DNA of 64,000 nt from Pseudogymnoascus verrucosus. Lineage: Eukaryota. Under the pieces are notes generated by a model that saw only the letters and a program-made list of their open reading frames with translations, made no database searches and was not told the origin of the DNA. Where the stretch lies: NCBI GenBank assembly GCA_001662655.1, contig KV460231.1; one strand, given 5' to 3'. Each line of letters starts with the position of its first letter. The first letter of the stretch is position 1. Both the position numbers and the translations under genes were made by a program. Of this stretch, positions 1-14,274 are shown piece by piece.

Positions 1-2089
1 CTCGACACATTGAGCACCAGAATGCCGGCCCGAGTCGAGAAGATCGTGCAGACGAGGCCTCGAGGCCCTCCAACCCCGAACCTCACGACACCCGCCGAAC
101 TAGACTCACCTACACACTCGAATCATGATCCGCCGCCGCCGCCAACGCCAGCAGCGAGTCCGGGACCGGACAACATGAGGCCGGATTGGAGCGCGGCAGG
201 AGACCAGGAAGACATATTCCTCGCGCAGATCCGACAATACTTCAAGCAGCGATCAGGGCCAGAGCGTACGAGGATACTGGGGGACCTGTTGAACCTGTGC
301 ACAAGCCAGCAGCTTAGTTTTGTATCACAATATGTCAGCCCGCTGCTAAAGAAGGACCCCTTCACCAGCCTGCCGGACGAGTTATGTTTGAGGGTAAGGC
401 CCTTTTTTCTTGTCTTGTCTCGACACTTTGTGAGATTTCGGGTGCTAATTGTTTCGGATTAGGTGCTGTCATTTATCGACGATGGGAAGGTCTTGGCCCG
501 AGCGTCACAGGTCTCACGCAGGTGGAGGGATCTATTGGCTGACGACATGACGTGGAAGAACCTCTGTGAGAGACACGATTACAGGCGCCGACTCTCTGTC
601 CGCGACGACACCATCGAGCCGAATAGTCCTATTCCACCGTTGCCTGTGAGGCCTCAAGCATATCCCCTTGTGACGTCCGCGCCGCAACTCTTCGGCGCCA
701 ACTACGTCGCCTCAGCCCCGCCTTTCACATCCCACTCGCGCAGTTTCGATACTGCGACGGCGCACTCGAAGATGACGAAGAGGCCGCCCATCAGATCGCA
801 CAAGTCATACTTCAAGCAGAGGTACTTGGTTGAGACGGCGTGGAGGGCTGGCGGACAGCATGTTTCGCGACACATTACGCAGGATCAGGGCGTTGTTACC
901 AGCTTACATCTGACGCCGAAGTACATTGTCGTCGCACTCGACAATGCTAAGATTCACGTTTTCGATACTGATGGTGATAATCAGAAGACCCTGCAGGGCC
1001 ATGTTATGGGTGTGTGGGCGATGGTTCCGTGGGGCGATACACTTGTTAGTGGAGGATGTGATCGTGATGTTCGGGTCTGGGACATGGCTTCTGGGTACGT
1101 TTGATTGCGACACTTTCATTATAAATGCTAACATCTATCACAGCGAGAGTAGACATACCCTGAGGGGTCATACATCGACTGTGCGATGTCTGAAGATGTC
1201 CGATGCCAACACCGCCATATCCGGATCCAGAGACACAACCCTTCGAATCTGGGACATCAAAACCGGCCTCTGCAAGAACGTCCTCGTCGGCCACCTCGCC
1301 AGCGTCCGATGTCTCGAGATCCACGGCGACATCGTCGTCTCCGGCAGCTACGACACCACCGCCCGCGTCTGGAGCATCTCCGAAGGCCGCTGTCTCCGCA
1401 CCCTCAACGGCCACTTCAGCCAGATCTACGCCATCGCCTTTGACGGGAAGCGCATCGCGACAGGCAGCCTCGACACCAGCGTGCGCATCTGGGATCCGGA
1501 GAATGGGACCTGTCAGGCTATACTGCAGGGCCACACGTCGCTTGTGGGACAGCTGCAGATGCGTGGGAATACGCTTGTTACGGGCGGATCGGACGGGTCG
1601 GTGAGGGTATGGTCGCTGGAGAAGATGGCGCCTATTCATCGGCTGGCGGCGCATGATAATAGCGTCACTAGTCTGCAGTTTGATGATAATCGCGTGGTCA
1701 GTGGTGGCAGCGACGGACGTGTGAAAGTCTGGGATCTCAAAACCGGACACCTCGTGCGCGAACTCACCGCCCCCGCTGACGCGGTGTGGCGCGTCGCGTT
1801 CGAGGAGGAAAAGTGCGTGGTCATGGCGAGTCGGTCGAATAGGACAATTATGGAGGTGTGGTCGTTTTCGCCGCCGCTGGAGGCTGCCGGCCAGGAGAGA
1901 ACGGGGTTTATGCATAATCTCCCCCCGAGACCGTTGAGTGAGACGGGGTATCGGTTTACGGGGGCGGATGAGGATATGGGGGGGTTGGAGGGGGGGGATG
2001 CGACGACGTATGCGAGGGATGATATTGATATGGAGGACGCGGGGCCTTCGACGGCACCGCCGAGGCCGAGGACGTTTCTTGATGATTGA
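1..2089 (+). CDS. F-box/WD40-repeat SCF substrate adaptor (Cdc4/Fbw7-like family); frame open from base 1, so 5' end may lie upstream
   Basis: F-box motif DPFTSLPDELCLRVLSFID...SQVSRRWR split by intron 394-462; second intron 1095-1143; multiple GH...WD repeats; stop TGA at 2089. Confidence 0.9.
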
Positions 2090-3475
2090 GTGGCTGGGGG
2101 GAGGGGGGATGGTATGGGTTGAGCTGGTGATGGGACTCTGAGGACGAGAATTCGCAGCTCAGCTCACTTCATTGCCGATACGTTGTCTCAAAGGTGGTCG
2201 GTCTCCTGCGACGACAACGGAACGAACTGTATGAGTATAATCGTCTATACTGACCATCCTCACAACAACTCGCTATTGCTATACACCACTATGCATGTCT
2301 GTAAAGACAAACAAGACCGCCTAAACCAACACCCTCACCTACCTCTTCTCAACTCACCGTTCGATTTTCGAGCCATGAAACGACGACCATCATTGGACAC
2401 CCACACTCAGTCACCACACCCATTATCACACTCAATAACGACCTTCAGAATGAAACGGAACGTAACATACAAACATCAACATCGCGCGCTTGTTTTCTCA
2501 GACACAAAATGCATACAACAAATACTGGAGTTTTCTGTCTTTCTCTCTTTTTTTATAACTCTTTTTTTCGATATGCCAAAGGGTAGGCACAGGGCTGGAG
2601 TAAGTCGTTTGGGTCGTTTGGTTGGGTTGGGGGGGTAAATCTGGGAACCTGATAGGGATACGGGACTGGTGTATGGGATGGATGGACGGTGCAAACTTGG
2701 GAGGAGGCATGGGATGGGAGGCATACCCAATTTGAATTATTATTTTGATAAGTTTGGCTTGTTTTATGGCTTGAATAACTTAGATTATGGGGGAAGGAGA
2801 GAGGGTGAGATAATACAACAAAATCAAAATCCACCGAAGGACGAGAGTGGGTGGGTGTTTTTAAAACTTATTTGTGAGTCCACGGAGATAGAAAAAGGTG
2901 TGAGGGCGGCGCCTAGATGTGCCCAGGGATTAAAGAAAAGGCTGTGCGTGCTGCGAAGGAAAGCAAAAGGAAAGGCCTTTCTTCGGGGACATCTTTGCCG
3001 TAATTCCGGATCTAGAGTGGAATCCACTCGTAACGTAATCGTAATCGTCTCACACCTTTTTTGTGTTTAGGAGAGTGTACCTTTTCCTTTTTGATGGATG
3101 TTCGGCGAGGATAGTAACTGGATTTGCAGTGAGTGAGTGACTAGGTAAATTGTAAGTCATTAATTCGGACTTCAATACAGGATATATCTACAATAACCTC
3201 ACTAACTAACTCCTGAATTGAATTACGGACATCCGTCCCCGTATACATCGTTAATTAATCCGTCGGGGCAACAACTCCCCAATCTACGACTAAAAGTAGT
3301 AGAAGTACCTCCCAAAGTACCCCCAAACCACGTGACGCCCCCAATCAATCCGCCGCGCTAAAATAATGTTGAATGGGTCCCGCCGCCCTTCTCCAACAAC
3401 ATTTCTCTCCAGCAATCCGGCGAGTGTTTTGTTCAATTGCACACCCTAGCAACACCACCACATCAACCACACAAG

Positions 3476-4961
3476 ATGTTCTCACAGGCGCTGAGGACGA
3501 GTCGCGCGGCGGGCTTGCCAAAGGCACAGTTCGCCAGGAAGGCAGTCATGGCTCGCCGCGCTGTGACGACGGATGCGGCGTCGGCTCATGCGGAGAAGGA
3601 GAGTGTTCCTGAGGTAAGATTTATCAATTGAGACGGGGAGGAAGGATAGAGGATGGGGATTTGATGGATAGGTTTGCTGACGTGATGGGGGATATAGGAG
3701 GATGATAAGCCGTTCCAGGTCCAGCTTTCTGATGAGAGCTTCGAGACTTATGAGCTTGATCCGCCGTCGTACACGCTTGATACTACGAAGAAGGAGTTGA
3801 AGCAGATGTACTACGATATGGTAGCTACCCGGTAAGCACTCCCACACAGCTCCCACAGCTCCCCTCCCTCCCTCCCCATCCATCCTCATCATCCCTCAAT
3901 GGCACCATCCATCCTAACTCCCATCCCAGCCGCATGGAAATGGCCGCCGACCGTCTCTACAAAGAGAAGAAAATCCGCGGCTTCTGCCATCTCTCCACCG
4001 GCCAAGAAGCCGTCGCCACGGGCATCGAGCACGCCATCACCAAATCCGACGACGTCATCACCGCCTACCGCTGCCACGGCTACGCTCTGATGCGCGGCGC
4101 GACCGTTAAGTCGATTATCGGCGAGCTGCTGGGCCGTCGCGAGGGTATCGCCTACGGAAAGGGAGGATCGATGCATATGTTCGCCAAGGGATTCTATGGT
4201 GGTAATGGTATTGTGGGAGCCCAGGTGCCGGTTGGAGCGGGGTTGGCGTTCGCGCATAAGTATAATGGGAATAAGAATGTTACTGTGGCGCTGTATGGAG
4301 ATGGTGCGTCGAACCAGGGACAGGTGTTTGAGGCGTTTAACATGGCGAAGTTGTGGAATTTGCCGGTGCTGTTTGGTTGTGAGAGTATGTTCCCCTTTCC
4401 CCCGACGCGTGCGTCGTTTGCCAAGTGGAATCCAAGACTAACGATTGGCGTCTAGACAACAAATACGGCATGGGTACCTCCATGAACCGCTCCTCAGCAC
4501 TCACCGACTACTACAAGCGCGGCCAATACATCCCCGGCCTCAAAGTAAACGGCATGGACGTCCTCGCCGTCAAAGCGGCCGTCGCCCACGCCAAATCCCA
4601 CGCCGTCTCCGGCCACGGCCCCGTCGTCCTCGAGTACCTCACCTACCGCTACGGCGGACACTCCATGTCCGATCCCGGAACCACCTACCGCACTCGCGAG
4701 GAGATCCAGCGTATGCGCTCTACCAACGATCCGATCGCGGGTCTCAAGTCGAGGCTGCTGGATTGGGAAGTCGTCAGCGAGGAGGAGCTGAAGGGGATTG
4801 ATAAGCAGGCGAGGAGTGATGTTGATAAGGAGGTTGCGGAGGCGGAGAAGATGGCTGCGCCGGAGGCGTCGGAGAAGATCCTGTTTGAGGATATTTATGT
4901 TAGGGGGAGTGAGCCGGAGTTTATGAGGGGGAGGACGGTGGATGAGACGTACTACTATTAG
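3476..4961 (+). CDS. PDA1: Pyruvate dehydrogenase E1 alpha subunit, mitochondrial
   Basis: IRGFCHL, TPP motif [22 protein letters not shown] phosphosite loop; Arg/Ala-rich presequence; introns 3614-3697, 3832-3929, 4385-4455. Confidence 0.97.
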
Positions 4962-5421
4962 AGGACGTTGCGTCGTTAGTACTACTATCTATTAGAGAGA
5001 GAGAGATTGAGATTGATTGGTGCAGATGGGGGTTTCTTGGGGAGGGAGAGGAGAGACAGTGGGGAGTGTAAGATAATACCGGACTCGTAGAATATATGCT
5101 CCTTTGTCTCCTACTTTGACGTCCATCCTGTGTAGGCCGTGATAACATGTATGGCACAAAGTTATGAAAACTGTAGATAACAATGTGTGAAGTGTGAAGA
5201 AGTACCATTTAAACGTGTTACCACGACAAACAACAGCTTTAGTAACAGAAATACCATAGACAACTACAGTACACGCTGCCACCTCGCACATGGCAACCTT
5301 TTCAAACCCACACCCTGTCCAATCTAGGACAGACCCTTTGCTCCAAGAACTCCCAAAAGCCCACTCACTGACTACTACCAACTATCTACAATATAAAGAA
5401 CCGCGCACTACTAAACAACAT

Positions 5422-6757
5422 CTAATGATGATGCCCAACCTGCGTCACCAACGGAATCAACATCCCCACCACACTCGCCACCGTATCCCTCAACACCGGG
5501 CCCCCTCCCCTCTTCCCCCCTCCTCCTCCTCCCCCACCACCACCATCACCAAACCCATTCAGTGTGGAAGACGAGGCGTGATCATGTCCCGCGGCATCAT
5601 CCTGCATCGCGTGCATAGCAACATACAAAAACGTGCCCGCTGAGAAGAGGAGGAGCATCCCAGTCCACCATTGTCCGTTTTCGCCCTCCATGCCCCCTCC
5701 TCCGCCGGTGATGTTGACGAGGAGCCAGGTTGTTAAAGCGCCGATGGGCGCGGCGAGGGAGAAGATTATCAGATGCCCTCGCGCGGCGCGTTTGGAGAGG
5801 CCTTGTTTCAAAAGGACGGAGGTGAGTCCGAATGCCGCGGGGGCTTTATGCAGCATTATCGCCAGAAAAATAATAAACCCCAGCTTCGTATTCGACGACG
5901 TGGCCGAGGCGCCCATGGCTATCCCGTCAGCGGCGGCGTGGATTACTAGCCCCGTTGTGGTGGCTAGACTGCGGGTTTGCTTGGGGGAGGGCGCGAGGGA
6001 GTGCAGGAAGGAGTCGGAGGAGATGGGGGAGGCGGGGGTGGTGTCGGAGAGGTTGTTGAGGCTTATGTGCCGTGTGGGGGGGGAGGCGAGGGTCGAGGTC
6101 GCGTGCCGCGGGAGCTTGTCGATGAGGAACATGAGGATGAATCCGGTGATTAGGGAGAAGCCTATGTAGAATGTTGGTGGAGAGCGTTCGGTTGCGTGGT
6201 TGTGGGCTGTGGTGGAGGAGGAGGCGGTGGTGGTGCTGAGGGGCGCGTCGTCGTTGTGGATGGTGGGGAAGTCCTCGAGGTTTGAGGATCCAGGCACGAT
6301 TGGGCCCGGCGGGGGGTGCACTGCGTCAGCGACGGTGGTGGTGTCAGCGCGACGATCGAAGATGCTGGTGTCGACTGGGATTACGGGGCCGGGGAGGGCG
6401 CTGGCGGCTTCGTAGAAAGTTGGGTTGTCGAAGGTTCGTGGGGTGAGGAGGGGGTGTGGTGGTGCCCTTGCGCCGTTTGTGTGGACGACCGGAATTGAGG
6501 AGGCGTAGACGGCTTCGATGCCCTCGGGGATGATTACTACGAGAGAGGTGCCGACGAGGACGCCCATGCCGATGGCGGATAGTAGGCGCAGTTGGGATTG
6601 GGAGAGGCTCATGGAGAGAGGTAGTGCGCCTGCTAGGAAGGAGCTGTTGCGGAGGGAGTTAGGAGGGGGTGGAAGTTGTATTGGGGGGGGGGGAGGGGAC
6701 GTACGCTACTGCCATTACCACGCTCAGCACGAGCAGGATGAAGAGGCCGTCTAACAT
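5422..6757 (-). CDS. ZIP-family metal transporter (Atx2/ZIP9-like)
   Basis: TTTGLVIHAAADGIAMGA and LHKAPAAFGL ZIP signature helices; exon 1 MLDGLFILLVLSVVMAVA; intron 6644-6704. Confidence 0.9.
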
Positions 6758-7260
6758 CTTGGAGAACTTCTGGACACCTGTTTGGTGCTATAAAACGTCC
6801 CTCTATATGTGGCGAGAATCAAATAAGCATCGTGTTCTTATATAGGCGTGCGGTGTAAGTGGCAGATATGATGACAGTGAGCGCAAACAAACAGGCGATG
6901 TCTTGAGAATCAAGAAGTTGTCTGAGATGCGTGGATTAGAGGTGGTGGTGGTGGTGGTTGTTCAAAAAGTGTACAGTCCACTCCTCCGTACTAGAGTAAC
7001 TAAACTACACAAGTACGTATGTTCCTTAGCCCCAGAGTCTCCTTTGACGCCATGCCGCCGTAGGGAAGGTTACCAAGTGGAGCAAACGCCACTAGCCGCG
7101 CTAGTACGGGGGACCATGTATATTGGAGATTGAGACGCGCTCACCACTCGGAATTACGCGACTGAAAGTGCGACTGCTAGTTTGATCGAGACTGACCTAA
7201 TATTTCCATATAACATCAACTTCACTTCAATCCCTCGCGCGATTAGACAAGAGAGCAAGG

Positions 7261-8927
7261 ATGGCAAGTTCACCGGACGATTGTAAGCTTATATTCCTTT
7301 TATCTACGAGCTTCGACGCTGCTACAGCTTCATGGACCGTGCCTTGTCGCATAGTTTCTTCAGCCTGTCCAAGCTAGGAAACCCGAAAATATGATCTGTA
7401 GCGCATATTTTGTGATAATAGTTTCGAGCAAAACTGACTTCATCTTCAGGGTCGACCCAATCAAATGACGCCCTACACATCTCACTTGTCCGCCCAGAAA
7501 ACGGGGCCTCCAAAACCATCAACACCTTCCATCCGAAGTTCACATATCCCATCTTCGGCGAAGAGGAGTCGATTTTCGGATACCAGAACCTGAAGATTCA
7601 CCTGAGATACAACGCCTCCGATATGCGCCCCGGGGTGCTCATCACATACAGCAAACGCTTCAAGGCCGTCGGAGACGTCGAGCCAACCGATCTAAAAGAA
7701 CTCCTCTCAGACTTCTTGCCAGAAAATGCGTTCCAGAAGTCTCCTGCGTTTGATGCGGCCATAAACGACCCAAACCTCAAGGACTTCACTCCGCCAGGAA
7801 AGCTGCTCAAGAGCCACGAGGAGGGTGATGCAGCATACGAAATCTGGTATGGAAACTCCGCGGATCCTGCGATCCAACAGCTTCTCCGCCGCCTGCAAAT
7901 ACTCGTCGCCCTCTTTATCGAAGGCGGCACCGCCATCGACGATGCGGAGTGGGGGTCAGGCCGTTGGACCGTATTCCTGCTGTACAAGAAGGGCCCTGCT
8001 ACGGGCGACGCATCTCCATACACCTTCATGGGCTACTGCACCGTCTACAACTACTACCCGATAATCCCCAAGCTCCCGCTTGCCGCCCCAGGAACTCAGC
8101 GCAAAGCAATCTCCCTCCCCGCCAACTCAGACACCGCAATCCCCTTCCCAGACCAATCTCTCTCCGACCTCCCCATCCGCTCGCGCCTAAGCCAATTCAT
8201 CATCCTCCCCCCCTTCCAAGGCGGCGGCCACGGCGCCCGCCTCTACTCCACCGTCTTCGCACACTACCAATCCGACCCGCAAACGGTCGAAATCACCATC
8301 GAAGACCCCAATGAAGCCTTCGACGACCTCCGCGATCTGAATGACCTCATCTACCTGCGCAGCCTTCCCGAGTTCCAAGCTCTGAAGATCAACACCGCTG
8401 CGGAAGTGAGGAGTAAGGGACGAGTTCCCTCGGACGAGATTCTCGAGCAAGCTCCCCTCAACGAGCTGCGCAAGAAAGTCAAGATCGCACCGCGCCAATT
8501 CCAGCGCCTCGTCGAAATGCAATTACTCTCCTCCATCCCTCCTAGCATCCGCAAATCCGGCCAGCTAGAGCACCTCCCCCCGAACACCCTCGCGACGAAG
8601 ATGAAACAGCGTGAATACCGACTCTGGGGTCTGCTGGTCAAGCAGAGGCTGTATAAGCATAACAAGGATAGCTTGATCCAGCTTGAGCACGGGGAAAGGA
8701 TTGATAAGTTGGGGGAGGTGGCGGGGAGTGTGGAGGAAGATTATGCGCGGTTGTTGGGGAAGTTGGACGGTGGTGAGGATGAGGTGAAGGATGAGTTGTT
8801 GGGGGTGCCGGAGGCGATTGAGTCGAGGGCTACGACGCCGGGGAAGAGGGCGGCGGAGGGGGATGAGCTGGATTTGTCGGTGAGGCAGAGTAAGAAGGTT
8901 AAGGTTGAGGATGCGGAGGAGGAGTAG
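7261..8927 (+). CDS. HAT1: Histone acetyltransferase type B catalytic subunit
   Basis: FHPKFTYPIFGEEESIFGYQNL, RLSQFIILPPFQGGGHG acetyl-CoA motif, EITIEDPNEAFDDLRD; intron 7283-7449. Confidence 0.95.
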
Positions 8928-9172
8928 ATAATGGACGGGGGGATAGGGCATGGATGGATGGTTTCGGGGATAGCATTGCATACTTCAAGATAGGCGTCGG
9001 AGCTGGGTTGCTACTGTTGAGCGTGTGAATACGCAGAATGAAAACTTATGAACTATGATGTTGACTTCTATTGTCTGCGCATGCTTTTGTATGTACAAGT
9101 TTGTCTATTTCTCTTTTGAACGGGACCGACGAGGCTTTGGAACCTCACAACTACCAGTGGTATCTCCCCCCT

Positions 9173-10342
9173 CTAAACATTCGCACCATTCACATTCTTC
9201 ACCCCCTGCCCCAACTTACTCGCCACCACCGTCGCAGCCCTAATAGCCTTCGAAACCACCCCCCTCGCCCCCCCATCCTCCAACACCATCAGCCCACCAA
9301 TAGTGCACCCCCCCGGCGTCGTAACCCGATCCTTCAACACAGCCGGATGAACCGGTGCCCGTCCCTGCTCCTTATCCCCCAAAACACCCATACACGCACC
9401 CTTCATCGTCTGCGCGGCCATCTTCGTCGCCTCTGCGCGCGGCAATCCCATCGCGACGCCGCCATCGATCGCGGCTTCGAGGAGGAGGAGGAAGAATGCT
9501 GGCCCGGAGCCGCAGAGGGCGGTGGAGGCATCCATGAGGTTGGGGGGGAGCCAGACGACTTCGCCGACGCATTTGAAGATCGTTTCGATGAGCATAGAAA
9601 CGCTCTCGTCGATGGGGGTGGATGGGGTGGCGAGGACGGTCATGGATTGTCCGATTCCGGCGGCGGTGTTGGGCATCGTGCGGACGACGGTGCAGCGGCC
9701 GACACCGCCGGGCTTGCCACCGTAGAGGGTGTTCTCGATATCCTCCGCCGCGACACCAGCGCAGATGGAAATGAGGAGTTTTCCCTCAAGCGCCTTGACC
9801 ATCCCGGGCTTGGAGAGGATGCCAGAGACCATGTAGGGTTTGCAGCCGAGGATAATGACGTCTGCTTCCTGGCAGGCCTTGACGTTGTCGTTCTGGATGA
9901 CCTTGAAGGTCTCGCCGGTGGTGTTGGCTTCGGAGACGGCGGCGTTGAGGCGCTCGACTGCGCTGTCGGAGCGGCAGGTTGCGATGTAGCTGGTGGGGGG
10001 GAAGAGGTGGTTGCCGTGTTGGTCTTGGAGGAAGGGGAGGGGTTCGGTGTTGCCGGCTTCGTCTTGGACGAAGGAGAGGCCTTCTTTGCCGACGTGGGAC
10101 ATTATGCCGGTGAGGATTCCTGTTCCGAGGGTGCCTGGATGGGAGTTAACATTTGTTCATGAGAACAGCACCGCCAGCTGGCTGGATGCCTTGAGGAGAA
10201 GCCACGCATCGGATCAAGGGTGCCACAAAAGAAACAGAAGTGAGAAGGGTAGATAGGGTATTTAGAGCTTACCACAGCCGATGAATGCGAGAACCTGCTC
10301 GCCCTCCTTGCGACGGCCAGTTGTGAGGATTGATGAGGCCAT
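9173..10342 (-). CDS. PRO3: Pyrroline-5-carboxylate reductase
   Basis: Spliced FIGCGTLG dinucleotide-binding motif (intron 10135-10272), LGCKP, RTMPNTA, ALCGSGPAF, VTTPGGCTIGGL. Confidence 0.95.
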
Positions 10343-10902
10343 GACGATGACTGTCTTATAGAATAACTTGTCTGAGGCCGTAGGGTATATAGTGAGTTCG
10401 GCAGCGTATTAAGTCCTTTATATTCGAGTTATACCTCCAATTGACCTGTAAATAGCTTTATAAGTTGAATCGACGTTGATATTGACAGTGCTATATGCCT
10501 CACCAGTTCCTCTTGGAAGTGGAGTACCCCGCAATAGCTCCACATCTTCCAAAACACTTACCTATTCTGCCCTGTTATCCCGCCTTGCTATCCAATTCTG
10601 CAGCTCTTACCGCCCGCCCGTTTCCAACCACAATTCTGCCATTCCCTACCGCCCAATAGCTCAGCTCACCAAAGAGAACATGCAACGGGCCGATATAAGC
10701 CCGCCACAATCAACGATAACCCAAGACATACTCTCGAAGCGCTGGTCGTCGAGCTCTCGTAAACCCCAAAAATATGTCTCGAACTCGCTGAAGGCTGCGA
10801 GCTTTTTTGAAGACGACAACAACCACTGACTTTCACTCCACAAGACCGCGGCCCCCTTCACAGACTGGAAATTATCACATTTTACCCCCCCTCGAGTACG
10901 CC

Positions 10903-11778
10903 ATGGCCGACCCATTCGAAGTGCGCATGCGCTTCACGAACCAGCTGCAACATCTCAATGCCTCCGTGACCAGCTCGCAAAAAGCGGCGCAATATGCGCT
11001 GAAATACAGAGATATGGATGAGGATCTGCACTCCTGCATCCTCGAGCAAGTCGAAAAGGTAATACGCACCATCCAAACATCTCCCTCCCCCTGGTCGCGA
11101 CCCCCTCCCCCCCCTTCCTTCAAAACTAGACCCCGCTAACCCACGTGCGCCTGGCAGAACTCAATGAATAACCGCGCCAACATCCTCTACTTCCTCGAAG
11201 CCCTAGCGGACCTAAGCAACACCAACGGTCACCGCGATTACATCCGCATGATGCAGCGGGACATCTTGCGCATCGTCGACGCCGTGGCGCCTGAGGACGG
11301 GTCGGGTGCTGCTAATATCAAGGTTGTGCAGAAAGTCCTCGCCAGCTTCGCAGCGAAGGGGTACCTTGAGGCGCAGACGGTGGGGGAGATAGACGAGTTG
11401 CTGCAGGAGCGCGATAGCGGGATGCCTGGCCTTGAAGGGTCGGGGGGCTCGCCGACGCAGTTGGCGGAGGGTATGGATGTCGATGACGGCGTGTGGGAAG
11501 ACCGTCGCGGAGACGCGGGCGGAGTGCGGCTTGATAAGAAGTTAGTAGAGCAGCGAATTGAGGAAGATCGCGAGAGGCATAAGAGGTTGAGGGAGCATCA
11601 GTGGGCGGTTCCTCCAGCGGTGGGGGAGGAGGAGGATGAGAGGGAGTTTGAGATGTTGTTTGAGGAGACGAGTAGTGTGGGGAGTGATGATTATAGGTTG
11701 TTTGAGGAGGAGTTTCTGGATCGGAAGAGGTGTGCTGAGGAGCATAAGGCGGATATGGAGGGGACGGGTGAGGCGTGA
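10903..11778 (+). CDS. CTK3: CTD kinase I gamma subunit
   Basis: MADPFEVRMRF...LNAS...DLHSCILEQ, MNNRANILYF, RIEEDRERHKRLRE; intron 11059-11157. Confidence 0.9.
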
Positions 11779-12705
11779 TGGGGGGGGTTGTGGGATGGGG
11801 TGCTTGGGTTTTGTTGGCGTTGGGGGAAGGGGCATTGGGTGGCGTTTGGGGTTGTGCCGGGCATGTTGAGGATATCTCTTGTTACATGACTTGAACCTGG
11901 TTGATTAGTTTGGTGGCTACCGTAGATCTTCCGTCCATATTGAATGAGCACGTAGATACTGATACCAATGCCTGATCCCGAAAGATTCAAATGTGATGAA
12001 CAGGTTGCCGGTGGGCGGGTCGTACTCGAAAATTAGAAGGACTTGACAGACACCAACTCCAGACGGAGCGTTTCAGCTGGCGAGATAGACCAAGTAATCA
12101 TGGATGTACTCGTGTTGTCCGAAAGTCGGAGAGGGATTGTTGATGACAGAGGGCTGGCACCAGCTATGTCAGCAGATCGAGTTTCTCTGCTTCCATTGCA
12201 AGGCTTGGATGACTCTTCGGCCTATTGGTTTCAACGAGTAGGCGTGATGAGAATGCAGGACAGTGACTGGGCGTTGATGCCTTGTGAATGGTCCTGAAGC
12301 AGCTGACTTCATGAAGTCTACAGTATGGCTGTAGAATGGCAATCGTAGCCATGGTGGCAGAACGCCTTTCTCGTGGTCATATCTGCGTTCAACACTGATT
12401 GTCGTGTATGGCACTTGGGTCAGACATTTAAGCATCACGAGCAATTGCACATTAAGAATGATTTGTCATGTAATTTCATTGAATCTGTGTTTCTAAAACA
12501 CTAGCCATAAACCGGCCCAGACGCCCATATCCTCCCATCCACGGCTTGAACAGCCTTCATAAACGCCATCACCGATTAAAAAAGTCAATGCAGAGTAGCA
12601 AAAAAGCCACCATCATCAAACCCCTCCACCAATGAAGACGTCCATAACGCGAACACGAGCGCGCTGATCCACAGGAGCGAGACGCGACGGAGATGAAACC
12701 ACTCG

Positions 12706-12881
12706 AACCCTGCCGTAAACAGCATGCTAGACCGTCCGGAGACTATCAAAAGTACGAATATGTGGAAGTCATCAACCGAAGCCAGATCAGGTTGTAGTTG
12801 AAGATGGTGCATCTCGATGTGAGAACAGATGAAACCCTGCCGTAAACAGCATGCTAGACCGTCCGAAGACTATCAAAAGTA
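12706..12881. repeat. Two direct copies (12706-12754, 12833-12881) of a 49-bp sequence downstream of histone H4
   Basis: AACCCTGCCGTAAACAGCATGCTAGACCGTCCG[G/A]AGACTATCAAAAGTA, one mismatch between copies. Confidence 0.95.
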
Positions 12882-12999
12882 ACGTATATCTGAATCGAGA
12901 CACAACCACTGAGGGCGCAGCGAGGCCAAGAGATGTTGGAGATCGTGAGGGAGAGGAATGATGGTGTGGCGTATTGGAGTTTGTTTGTACAGAAAACGC

Positions 13000-13584
<585 letters not shown>

Positions 13585-14274
13585 GATGAAGTTGTTTGAG
13601 GATGTGTGAGTGGTTTATTGATGGTAAAGCACGTCGAAATAGACGCGTTTGATGATGATAGATGGATTTGTTGTTGGGTTGTCGATATGTCGTAGATGAA
13701 AAGGATCAAAAGAAGAAGCGGGGGTGGAAATGGGCACTTATTGATATAAGCGTGTTTCCTTCTGTTGTGAGCGTTTGAATCACTCAGTAATGGAAGGGTA
13801 CGCTAGTCCTCTTTCGGTTGTTATTTTGTGATTTCGTCGCGCTCCTGCAGGGAACAATCAAGCGAAATGGGGAAACAGCCGAGAATCACTGGACCGGATC
13901 AACAAAGTAGCCGATATTGGCTTCCCGCGATGCACGTCAGATTGTTCTGGTCCTGATCTCCTAAATATATATGCAACGGCTGTCCCAAATAGATGTATAA
14001 GCAGTCTGTGTCTGAATGTATATTCAAGGAGACGCTGTCTGAAATATATATACAAGAAGACATGTCTATCTCTCAAGTCTCGTAGTTCCAATTGCCAACA
14101 TACGGATGCACCTACCAACATCCCCCCACGCGTCCAGTAGAGTTCGGAGTACACATTTCACCATTCCCTGTCCCGTATTTGCTATGGCTTCAGATGAGGT
14201 TCAACTCATTGATTCATTATCATACACTCGATATCATGCATGCTATATACATATTGACTTTGGAACATTCACTC

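Noticed and set aside
9071..10162. Long antisense ORFs (also 1046-1915, 41105-42484, 57025-57693)
   Set aside because: Opposite well-supported genes; explained by GC-rich codon bias.
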